Assembly (NCBI GenBank): GCA_022866545.1
Contig: JALHUO010000046.1
Location: 1 to 46,010 of the forward strand
Origin: Dehalococcoidia bacterium
Lineage (GTDB): Bacteria > Chloroflexota > Dehalococcoidia > GIF9 > AB-539-J10
Length of the DNA stretch: 46,010 nt
Reading direction: 5' to 3'
The notes under the pieces are model-generated. The model saw nothing but the letters and a program-made list of their open reading frames with translations. It was not told the DNA's origin and did not search any database. Position 1 is the first letter of the stretch; every line of letters starts with the position of its first letter. Below, in pieces: positions 1-7,818 of this stretch. The translations under genes and the position numbers were made by a program.

Positions 1-291
1 GTCATAGAACAGGACGCTGTCACGTCCCAGCGGCAATTCTTGCTCGAGCTCCGCATACTGCTCCCAGTTGAAGCATACCATGATATCCGCAATATCGGCT
101 GGCACAGAAGCGCGAGTCGTGTCCAGGCTTAGTTTTACACCGGAAGCTCCACCTCTAATCTGCGGGCCGTAGTATCTCGGCATCTGGCTGAAGTATCCCT
201 GGGAGGCAGCCAGTCTTTGCAGAAGACTGCCCAGAACTACCACGCCATCGCCACCAGCACCAGCAATCCCGATGGTTAATCTATGCCTCAT
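1..291 (-). CDS. 2-oxoacid:ferredoxin oxidoreductase gamma subunit, N-terminal 97 codons (gene runs off the window start)
   Basis: Hand translation of the minus strand from ATG at 291..289 gives MRHRLTIGIAGAGGDGVVVLGSLLQRLAASQGYFSQMPRYYGPQIRGGASGVKLSLD..., the GxGGxG...RGG pattern of POR/KOR/VOR gamma subunits. No stop down to nt 1. Absent from the ORF track because it has no stop in the window. Confidence 0.6.
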   Translation of the reverse strand, partial: MRHRLTIGIAGAGGDGVVVLGSLLQRLAASQGYFSQMPRYYGPQIRGGASGVKLSLDTTRASVPADIADIMVCFNWEQYAELEQELPLGRDSVLFYD

Positions 292-400
292 TCTATAAAC
301 AAATGCCAGAAGGTCTGGTCACTTCATTATATACTACATTATATACTACATTGTAGCTCTAAAGCAGGCAAAGTAAAGTACTCACAATCAAGAATTCTGG

Positions 401-1249
401 CTAGGGGAGTTCCCGGTAGGTCCGCTGGAGGAGGAGGGCATCTTGCTCTATATAAGGGGCGCTCTCGCAAATGATTACTCCCGTTGCCTTGCGGTCCTTC
501 AGGGCTTTGAGCAGCTTGGCGTATCGAAGATCTGAGTCCGGGAGCATCAGGTGCTTGAGTTCGCCCTTCTTGCCGTAGGCAATCCCGGACAGATGGATGT
601 GCATGTTATCTAACCCTCGCCTGCCCAGTTTCTTTTCAACCTGGTCCAAGACAGCGAGGAACTCTTGATAGGAGTTAGCCTTTCCCGTCCGGGCATGCCA
701 GTGAGAAAAATCAATGCAGGGCAGAATTCCTTCTATCTCGCTGCTGAGCTGAAGTAGTTCCTCAAGAGTGCCGAATTGAGAGGACTTTCCCGTGACTTCC
801 GGGGAAATCGTTACTTTGTTTCCCTCTTTCCGCAGAGTGTTCATCACCTCTTGCAGATGCCTTTTGACCATGGCGTAGGTCTCTGCGGGGGTGCCTTTCA
901 GATAAAAGGCGGCATGGAAGGTGATGCTTCTGGCGCCGAAAAGAGCGGCGATTCGGGCAGTCTGTAGTATCCTTTCTTTGCTCATGTGCACTTTTTGCCG
1001 CTCGACGGCATTCAGGTTTACGAAGTAGGGTCCGTGGGCGGTAAGCACAACGTTCTTCCGTGCTGCGAGTTCTCCCACCGAGACAGCGACTTCAGGGCTC
1101 ATCTTCACCCCCTGGACAAATTCCACCTCCATGCAGCCGAGGCCGAGCTCGGCAATACGCTCAATGCCAGCCTCGGTGGAACGGGATTCAGCACTGAGGG
1201 GGACACCGCCTGTTCCGAAAAGGAGCCTGCCTGCTTTGTTTGAGCTCAT
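401..1249 (-). CDS. xylose-isomerase-like TIM-barrel protein, AP endonuclease family 2 (Nfo-like)
   Basis: 282-aa ORF. HGPYFVNLN, ITFHAAFY, ISPEVTG, IDFSHWHA and HIHLSG..H strands resemble the metal-ligand strands of endonuclease IV-type barrels. ATGA overlap with the upstream gene at 1246-1249. Confidence 0.6.
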   Translation of the reverse strand: MSSNKAGRLLFGTGGVPLSAESRSTEAGIERIAELGLGCMEVEFVQGVKMSPEVAVSVGELAARKNVVLTAHGPYFVNLNAVERQKVHMSKERILQTARIAALFGARSITFHAAFYLKGTPAETYAMVKRHLQEVMNTLRKEGNKVTISPEVTGKSSQFGTLEELLQLSSEIEGILPCIDFSHWHARTGKANSYQEFLAVLDQVEKKLGRRGLDNMHIHLSGIAYGKKGELKHLMLPDSDLRYAKLLKALKDRKATGVIICESAPYIEQDALLLQRTYRELP

Positions 1250-2142
1250 GGTTTCCTTCTATCTAATTCTAGTGCTTCGTCTACCAGTTTTCTATAGGCA
1301 AAAAGCAAATCTCCGGTTAGCTTGCCGCGTTTGCCTGTGCCGATGGTCCTGCCTTCAACTGAGACCAGAGGCATAAGCTCCAGTATGGAATTGGTAAGGA
1401 AGGCTTCCTCAGCCTCGACTAGCTCATTTAACTGCACCCATCTTTCCGTGGCCTTGATATTTGAAGTTCGGGCCATTTGCAGAACGGCGTCCCTGGTGAT
1501 TCCAGGCAGGACGCCGCTTTCGAAACAGGGTGTGATGAGTTCTCCACGGCTGACCAGGAAGACATTGGTCGTGCTGCCTTCGGCAAGGTATCCCTGTTCA
1601 TTGAGGAAGATAGCTTCGTCGTATCCGGCAGCTCTGGCTGCCGTGCGGGCGAGGATATTGTCCATATAGCACGTGGATTTCAACCGGGATAGGGGCGACT
1701 GGCTGTTGCGGCGCAGGAAAGACACGGCTGCCTTGAAACCTGTTTCATATTTCTCTGGTGGTAAGGGAACAAGGTTCCGGGCAGTGATTAGGACAGTAGG
1801 GCTGGGGCAGGTGCCGGTGTCGGGCGTCATATCGCCTTCACCGGCCGAAACGGTGAGCCTTATGCGGGCATCCTTGAGTTCGTTAGCTTCCAGAGTTCCC
1901 ATGCAGGCAGCTTTGAGAGTTTGCTTTCCCTCGTCTGTGGTCAGGACGCTATGCGTCAGGCCGATGCTCTCTGCAGAGCAGCGGAGGCGAGTAATATGAG
2001 AATCGAGGCGAAAGATACGGCCGTTGTAAGCACGCATGGTCTCGAATAAGCCGTATCCGTAAAGGAAGCCATGATCGAAGGGGGATAGCTTAGCCTCGAA
2101 GTGAGGGACAAGTCGGCCGTTGAGATAGACTATTTCTGCCAC
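1246..2142 (-). CDS. fold-type IV PLP enzyme, aminodeoxychorismate lyase / branched-chain aminotransferase family (PabC-like by context)
   Basis: 298 aa with a GTG start. Motifs FDHGFLYGYGLFET, RLDSHITRL, LKSTCYMDNILA (candidate PLP lysine) and LPGITR. Lies downstream of a PabA/TrpG-type amidotransferase. Confidence 0.75.
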   Translation of the reverse strand: MAEIVYLNGRLVPHFEAKLSPFDHGFLYGYGLFETMRAYNGRIFRLDSHITRLRCSAESIGLTHSVLTTDEGKQTLKAACMGTLEANELKDARIRLTVSAGEGDMTPDTGTCPSPTVLITARNLVPLPPEKYETGFKAAVSFLRRNSQSPLSRLKSTCYMDNILARTAARAAGYDEAIFLNEQGYLAEGSTTNVFLVSRGELITPCFESGVLPGITRDAVLQMARTSNIKATERWVQLNELVEAEEAFLTNSILELMPLVSVEGRTIGTGKRGKLTGDLLFAYRKLVDEALELDRRKP

Positions 2143-2299
2143 GTAGCAAAAGCCCTAAATTCTAAGCTCTGAATTCTGAACAATATCAAAAATAAAAGAT
2201 AAAAAATCAAAATTACAGTTCAAAGAGCAAAAATAGTTCGGTTTTTGAATTTTTCTTTGTCATTTTGCATTTTGTTTTTACCTTTTGCTCTTTTGGGAT

Positions 2300-2890
2300 T
2301 TAGTGGGTGGCTTTCATCCAAACTGGCGGGGTAAAACCGAGAAAGTTAGCTAAGAGGTCATGTCCCACCTCGGTGAGGATGGACTCGGGGTGAAACTGGA
2401 CCCCCTCTACTACGTAATCCCGGTGTCTCACCCCCATTATTATGCCCTCGGGAGTCCTGGCGGTGACTTCGAGACAGGATGGAAACCCTTCAGCTTCGAT
2501 AATGAGAGAATGGTAGCGTGTTGCGGGAAAGGGATTAGGTAAGCCCCGGTAGATAGTCCTGCCATCGTGGTGGATAGTGGAGGTCTTGCCGTGGACCGGC
2601 AGGCTTCGTCCAATCTTGCCCCCGTAGGTGTACCCGATGCATTGATGTCCCAGGCACACGCCGAGCATCGGGATTTTCCCACGGAAGTGCCGCACTGCCT
2701 CGTTAGAGATGCCCGCTTCTAAGGGTGTGCATGGTCCCGGCGAGATAACAATGTGGCTGGGGGCTAGCTCTTCAATTTGAGCTACAGTAATCTGGTCATT
2801 GCGGTAGACCACCGGTTGCCAGCCCAGTTCGCCCAGGTATTGAGCAAGGTTGTAAACAAAGGAATCGTAGTTGTCTATTATTAGCACCAT
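2300..2890 (-). CDS. glutamine amidotransferase component II of anthranilate / aminodeoxychorismate synthase (TrpG/PabA)
   Basis: 196 aa. MVLIIDNYDSFVYNL N-terminus, GVCLGHQ nucleophile elbow and QFHPES (His/Glu of the triad). Confidence 0.9.
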   Translation of the reverse strand: MVLIIDNYDSFVYNLAQYLGELGWQPVVYRNDQITVAQIEELAPSHIVISPGPCTPLEAGISNEAVRHFRGKIPMLGVCLGHQCIGYTYGGKIGRSLPVHGKTSTIHHDGRTIYRGLPNPFPATRYHSLIIEAEGFPSCLEVTARTPEGIIMGVRHRDYVVEGVQFHPESILTEVGHDLLANFLGFTPPVWMKATH

Positions 2891-2937
2891 TTTCAGGGTT
2901 CCCTCCCGCGCTAAATTATGCCTCTATTCCACCGTCG

Positions 2938-2966
2938 TTGACAAATTTGCCTTCGGTGTTTATTCT
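2938..2966 (+). promoter_or_regulatory. candidate sigma70-type promoter for mgtC (TTGACA-N17-TATTCT)
   Basis: TTGACA at 2938-2943, a 17-nt spacer, then TATTCT at 2961-2966. About 170 nt upstream of the mgtC ORF in the divergent intergenic region. Confidence 0.3.
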
Positions 2967-3134
2967 ATTCAGTGTTGTTCAACTAGAAGGAATTTCTGGC
3001 CGGATTGTTGCCGGCGCCGAGGCCTACATGAATGCCCTCAACCGTCTGTTGTCGGCCAGAAAAGAGTAAGTAATGTCGAAGACAAAGGTTTTGAATTTAG
3101 GAATCAGGCTCTCTGAGATATTTCAAATGCGGAG

Positions 3135-3551
3135 GTGATGAATTTGAGTTCTTTGCTGGAAATGATATTGAGGTTTTTATTGGCTGCTGCCCTGGGGGCG
3201 GGCATTGGTTATGAGCGAGAGCGGGCAGGCAAGGCAGCGGGGCTGCGCACGCATATTTTAGTTAGCTCCGGAGCAGCTCTTTTCACCTTAGCATCTATAT
3301 ACGGGTTTGATGGTGCAACGGTTGACATCTCTCGAGTTGCCGCTGGGGTGGTGGTTGGAATTGGTTTTATCGGAGCTGGCGTTATTCTCCGTGGCCAACG
3401 TGAAAAAGAGGTGGCAGGGCTAACCACTGCTGCTACCATCTGGATAACTGCTGCCGTGGGTCTGGCCGCGGGGACAGGGATGTATTTGGTCTCCATTATA
3501 GCGACTGCAGTCACCGTAGGTGTTTTGTTTCTTCCTAAGGTTCGTGGCTAA
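3135..3551 (+). CDS. mgtC: MgtC/SapB family membrane protein (membrane domain only)
   Basis: 138 aa and 4-5 hydrophobic helices. GAGIGYERE..AGLRTH and TTAATIWITAAVGLAAG motifs are typical of MgtC. Start is uncertain: GGAGG at 3131-3135 overlaps the GTG at 3135, so TTG at 3144 has better spacing. Confidence 0.8.
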   Translation: MMNLSSLLEMILRFLLAAALGAGIGYERERAGKAAGLRTHILVSSGAALFTLASIYGFDGATVDISRVAAGVVVGIGFIGAGVILRGQREKEVAGLTTAATIWITAAVGLAAGTGMYLVSIIATAVTVGVLFLPKVRG

Positions 3552-3556
3552 GATGG

Positions 3557-3603
3557 TCATTGCGAGCCTTTTGTTTGTCGTTGCGAGCAAGGCGAAGCAT
3601 TCC
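3557..3603 (+). repeat. short intergenic element: two attgcgRGc boxes separated by a T-rich spacer
   Basis: gtcattgcgagcc-ttttgtttgtcg-ttgcgagcaaggcgaagcattcc. A similar architecture occurs at 15524-15560. Confidence 0.3.
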
Positions 3604-3660
3604 TAATGAGAACCGCGGTTCAAGGACTTTGACAGAGTTCCTTACAAAGGAATATTTATC

Positions 3661-4788
3661 ATGCTCAGGATTTTGCACACCGCAGATATTCACCTCGGGG
3701 CGAAGTTCTCGGGCCTGGGCAATAGAGGCGCTTCTCAACGGGAGCAACTGAGGGCTACATTCAAGAATGTCGTTGCCACAGCCATAAATGAAAAGGTAAA
3801 CATCGTTCTAATTGCCGGAGATTTGTTCGATTCTAACCAGCAAGCGCAAAGAAATATAGACTTGGTAATAGAGCAATCTAATCTGCTTGGCTCAAATAAT
3901 ATTCCAGTTTGCCTCATCCCCGGCACGCACGATTCGCTTGATTCCTCGTCAATTTATAGAAAAGTTGACTTTGAAGGAAAATGCCCCAATCTGAAAATTT
4001 TCGCCGATGAAAATATATCCTACAAGGAATATCCCAGCCTCGATTTGACGGTATATGGAAAGCCAAATCTGAGTAATAGGTCATCCATAAGCCCGTTGAA
4101 AGGGCTCAGGCGTTCGGCCTCAAGCAAGTTTCATGTCGCCATGGCCCACGGGTCGTTATTTATCCCGGAGAAGATAGCTGAAGATGACCATGTCTTCAGG
4201 CTCGAGGAAATTGAAGCCAGTGGCATGGATTATCTGGCGCTGGGGCACTGGCATCGGGTCTATAGATGCTCGGAGAAGCTTCCAGCGTGGTATTCTGGCC
4301 CACCCGAGTGGATACCCGGGCAAACAGAGAGAGGTGGAGTGCTTTTGGTAAGCCTTTCAGCCACCGGCGAAGTTAAGGTTGAACCCAAGATGATTGGGCT
4401 TCGTAAGTATGAAGAACTGGAAATAGATGTCAGTGAGGTTCAGGATCTGCCGATGCTGAAAGCGAGAATATCCGGGCGGTCAAATCAGAATCTGGCAAGA
4501 AAGGTCACTCTTAAGGGGCTTCGCGATGCCGAACTCATAGTAAATGCTGAGGAATTGGAAACTGAACTGGGGGAGCAATTTTTCCATCTTGGCGTCACGG
4601 ATAGGTCCCATCCGAGGTCAGGAGAAGTCGCAGAGGATGAAGAGCGGCTGGTCAGGAATAGATTCATCACGCTAATGAAGAAGAAAATTGAAGGTTCGGA
4701 AGGGGAAGAGAGAGACATTGCTGAGAATGCCCTTCAGTATGGCGTGGCTCTTCTGGACGGGAAGCTGGACGCGAAGGAAGACTTGTGA
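3661..4788 (+). CDS. SbcD/Mre11/YhaO-type metallophosphoesterase (DNA repair exonuclease-like)
   Basis: 375 aa. Calcineurin-like phosphoesterase motifs HTADIHLG, IAGDLFD, IPGTHD, MAHG and LGHWH. Its stop overlaps the start of the downstream ATPase gene. Confidence 0.8.
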   Translation: MLRILHTADIHLGAKFSGLGNRGASQREQLRATFKNVVATAINEKVNIVLIAGDLFDSNQQAQRNIDLVIEQSNLLGSNNIPVCLIPGTHDSLDSSSIYRKVDFEGKCPNLKIFADENISYKEYPSLDLTVYGKPNLSNRSSISPLKGLRRSASSKFHVAMAHGSLFIPEKIAEDDHVFRLEEIEASGMDYLALGHWHRVYRCSEKLPAWYSGPPEWIPGQTERGGVLLVSLSATGEVKVEPKMIGLRKYEELEIDVSEVQDLPMLKARISGRSNQNLARKVTLKGLRDAELIVNAEELETELGEQFFHLGVTDRSHPRSGEVAEDEERLVRNRFITLMKKKIEGSEGEERDIAENALQYGVALLDGKLDAKEDL

Positions 4789-6959
4789 TGAGGTTAAGAA
4801 GGATCCGACTCAAGAACTTCAAGAGATTCGTTGATTTTCAAGCTCAGTTCAGCGCCGGGATAAATGTAGTCAAGGGTCCCCTGAATGAAATGGGGAAATC
4901 TACTTTGCTAGAAGGTATCATTGTTGCCCTTTTTCATAATCCTAAGAGCACTGCGAAGGAGCTTGAAGCTTATTCTTCCTGGGGCTCAACGAGGCAGTTT
5001 CGGACCAGTCTTGAGTTTGAAGAAAAAGGGAATGGATATTTGCTGGAGAAGGACTTTGACAAAGGGACCACCAGGCTTATTTGTGATGATACCCGGGAAG
5101 AACTCGATACTTTCAAAGAAACTTCAACAAAGATAGCTGAGTTATTGGGAACCAGATCCGATGACTTGTTCTTATGTTCTTCCTGTATTCGTCAATCTGA
5201 GGTAAGTGAAATCTCATCGGGCAAGAAGGAAATCACCGAGAGCTTGGAGGAAGTTGTGATGGGGGGCAAGGAGAGTACCTTTGCCTGGCAGGTGGTACAG
5301 AAGCTGGATAGCAAAGTTGCCGAGATGAAGAAAGGACTGGACAAACTGACCAATAATCCTGGCATCCTGGCAAGCCTCAAAAGCAAAATACAAGGCACTT
5401 CACAAAGATATGGGGAGGTTAAGGAAGAAGTCTCCAAGGTCGAGGCAAGAATAATCGAGCTGGTGGAAGTGAGTAGGCAACTGGCTGAGGCCAAAGAACA
5501 GTACGAGAATGCCAGGGCTCTGTTAGAGAAAAACAGGCAGCGTAAAGAGATTGAGGCATCTACTCAGAGGTTGGCCAAAGACTATGACGGCATAGAGAAA
5601 CTACTCGGTAGTGTAAAGAAGTTGAGGGAGGACTCTGAGAGAGCGGGCAAAGCGCTTGGGGCTATAGAAGGACTTAGAGATAAACAAGAGGCCTCGGAAC
5701 TCAGAAGGGAGCTGGATGCAATTCAGAATCGGCGTGAGGTTATCGAAAAGGACTTGGCCCAGAGGGAAGAGGAGCTAGCTGAAGCGAAGAGGAAATTGGG
5801 CAACAGGAAGTATGTTGTGTTCTTCGGTTCAGGGAAGGGAATGGTCGCTTCGATAGCAGCATTGGCAGGCGGCGTAATTGGAGTTGTAGTTGGCTTATCT
5901 TTCCTATTGAGCTTAATAGTCCTGGGTGCAGGTCTTCTGGCGGTAAGTACGTGGGCAAGAATTGCCGTCATTCGAGATAAGACCAATATTTCGGTTATCG
6001 AAGGACGCATTCAAGATATGAAAGAGACTCTCGATGACCTCGGCAGGAACGAGCGAGAGTTGCTGGCCAGAGCGAAATGCAGCACGGTTGCTGAGTTCAA
6101 CGAGAAAGAACGGGATTTCTACGATTGGCTCGATAAGAGAAATGCAGCGGACCTCCAGTTAAAGTGGGTGCCGGGGGGTAAAACGATTGAGGAGATTAAG
6201 GAACAAAAGGCGCAGGTGGCCAGGAAGCTGGCGACGGAAGAAGCAAAGCTTACCGATGACTTGAAACAGACACTTTTGAGCCCCGAACAGTACGTGGCGC
6301 TGGAAAGAAAAGTCCAGAGTCTAGAAAAAAGGCAAGCTGAGCTCGAGAAGCAGAAAAGCCGCTGCGAGATAATCATCGAGCAGGCAAGATTCAGTATAGA
6401 GGACCAGATTAGACTGGAAGAGGAACTGGAAGTGCTGCAGGAAGCTCTGAAACACGAAGATAAGAAGGTGAGAGTCTACGGATTAGCCAGTGAATTTCTC
6501 TCCCAGGCGAGAGCCGAGGTCCTTTCGTCGGTCGAAGAAGCTCTGGAGAAAGAAATTCAGAAATATCTGGCTATCTTTACTGATGACAAGTATAAGCAGG
6601 TCAAAGTCGACAAGGAAGCCCTGGAATTCTGGGTATATTCGGATGAAAAAGGAGATTGGGCCAAGCCCGAAGAGTTGAGTGGCGGGGCGATCGACGAATT
6701 CTACCTGGCCTTTCGGCTTGCCCTGGCAAAATTGATATTTGGGGATAAGAAACCGCCTCTGATGTTAGATGATCCTTTTGTTAATTTTGACTCCATTCGT
6801 CTGGCTAACACACTAAAATTCCTTAAAACGCTGGCCTCGGATTACCAAATCATCATATTCACGCTAGGCGACTCATATGACAAAGTAGCTGATAACATCA
6901 TTTTGTTAGGTGAAGAAATGGGCAACCCGTCACCCAACAGACAGGAAGGAGGTGATTAG
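4785..6959 (+). CDS. SMC/Rad50-like AAA ATPase of the YhaN (SbcE) type, with a central two-helix hydrophobic hairpin
   Basis: 724 aa. Walker A GPLNEMGKST (res 31-40), long heptad-rich Glu/Lys/Leu arms, signature LSGGAIDEFYLAFRLALA and Walker B PPLMLDDPFVNFD at the C-terminus. Residues 343-396 are uncharged and hydrophobic. Confidence 0.75.
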   Translation: MMRLRRIRLKNFKRFVDFQAQFSAGINVVKGPLNEMGKSTLLEGIIVALFHNPKSTAKELEAYSSWGSTRQFRTSLEFEEKGNGYLLEKDFDKGTTRLICDDTREELDTFKETSTKIAELLGTRSDDLFLCSSCIRQSEVSEISSGKKEITESLEEVVMGGKESTFAWQVVQKLDSKVAEMKKGLDKLTNNPGILASLKSKIQGTSQRYGEVKEEVSKVEARIIELVEVSRQLAEAKEQYENARALLEKNRQRKEIEASTQRLAKDYDGIEKLLGSVKKLREDSERAGKALGAIEGLRDKQEASELRRELDAIQNRREVIEKDLAQREEELAEAKRKLGNRKYVVFFGSGKGMVASIAALAGGVIGVVVGLSFLLSLIVLGAGLLAVSTWARIAVIRDKTNISVIEGRIQDMKETLDDLGRNERELLARAKCSTVAEFNEKERDFYDWLDKRNAADLQLKWVPGGKTIEEIKEQKAQVARKLATEEAKLTDDLKQTLLSPEQYVALERKVQSLEKRQAELEKQKSRCEIIIEQARFSIEDQIRLEEELEVLQEALKHEDKKVRVYGLASEFLSQARAEVLSSVEEALEKEIQKYLAIFTDDKYKQVKVDKEALEFWVYSDEKGDWAKPEELSGGAIDEFYLAFRLALAKLIFGDKKPPLMLDDPFVNFDSIRLANTLKFLKTLASDYQIIIFTLGDSYDKVADNIILLGEEMGNPSPNRQEGGD

Positions 6960-6961
6960 AG

Positions 6962-7594
6962 ATGGGTTATATTTCCCCGACATTGGCCATAAGGAATATG
7001 AAGCAGACGATTCAATTCTATAGAGATTCCCTGGGATTTAAGATGGGGATGGTTTTCCCTGACGCTGACAACCCGGAGTATGCCGACCTATCGAAAGATG
7101 GAATGGTTGTCATGTTGGTACCGGCCAAAAATGTGGGTATCGGTAGCAAGCAAAGATTGGGAATCGGCGTGAACTTGTATATGCAAATCGATGGGGATAT
7201 AGATGAATACTGCAATGAGCTAAAGAACAAGGGCGTTAAGGTTGTAGTTGACATAAAAGACGAGCCGTTTGGCATCAGGGACTTCACAGTCGAGGATATC
7301 AACGGGTATAGACTGACATTTAACCAGGTCTCCAAGGCTGTTAAGACTTGTATGAGCTGCGGCATGCCCGTGACCAGGCTCGAGGATTTCGGCGGAGGAA
7401 ACCCTGAGAACTTGTACTGCGTATACTGTTCAAACCGGGATGGCAGCCTCAAAAGCCATAAAGAGGTGTTCGAGGGCATGGTCAACTTCATGATGACGTC
7501 TCAGAAGATGGACAGAAACACTGCTGAGAGCGCAGCGAAAGAGCGTATGGCAAAGATGCCTGCTTGGAGTGGTAGAGCCGGAGTTATACGTTAG
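6962..7594 (+). CDS. VOC (glyoxalase/bleomycin-resistance fold) domain fused to a C-terminal zinc-ribbon domain
   Basis: 210 aa. N-terminal beta-alpha-beta-beta-beta-like pattern (IQFYRDSLGF...GYRLTF). C-terminal CMSCGMP...YCVYC four-Cys ribbon. GGAGG SD lies 7 nt upstream and the gene starts 3 nt after the ATPase stop. Confidence 0.7.
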   Translation: MGYISPTLAIRNMKQTIQFYRDSLGFKMGMVFPDADNPEYADLSKDGMVVMLVPAKNVGIGSKQRLGIGVNLYMQIDGDIDEYCNELKNKGVKVVVDIKDEPFGIRDFTVEDINGYRLTFNQVSKAVKTCMSCGMPVTRLEDFGGGNPENLYCVYCSNRDGSLKSHKEVFEGMVNFMMTSQKMDRNTAESAAKERMAKMPAWSGRAGVIR

Positions 7595-7697
7595 CGCCAG
7601 TGTATTTTAGCTCGGAGCTAGGAAACACAAGTTTCAAGTCACAAAACCGTTTTCTCTCTCAAGTGGAAAGGCAAATAAGCCTGCCCGAAAAGCACAG

Positions 7698-7726
7698 TTG
7701 ACATAATCAACCAAGAGGCATATAAA
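7698..7726 (+). promoter_or_regulatory. candidate sigma70-type promoter for leuB-cimA (TTGACA-N17-TATAAA)
   Basis: TTGACA at 7698-7703, a 17-nt spacer, then TATAAA at 7721-7726. About 93 nt upstream of the leuB ATG. Confidence 0.35.
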
Positions 7727-7818
7727 TACCTTCTCCTAGTCGAAGAAGGCAAGGCGAATATATAATTAGGAAATTTTAGAGTGGGAATATACTAGGGCTC
7801 GAAAGCAGAGGAAATATT

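Noticed and set aside
5175-5186. CSSC (res 131-134) of the Rad50-like ATPase as a zinc hook
   Set aside because: It lies next to the N-terminal head domain, not at the coiled-coil apex. The apex is occupied by the hydrophobic hairpin.
7595-7818. Possible T-box or leucine leader upstream of leuB
   Set aside because: No T-box consensus (the AATTAGGGTGGTACCGCG-like box) and no Leu-rich leader peptide was seen. Only a 6-bp hairpin (ccttct...agaagg) is present.
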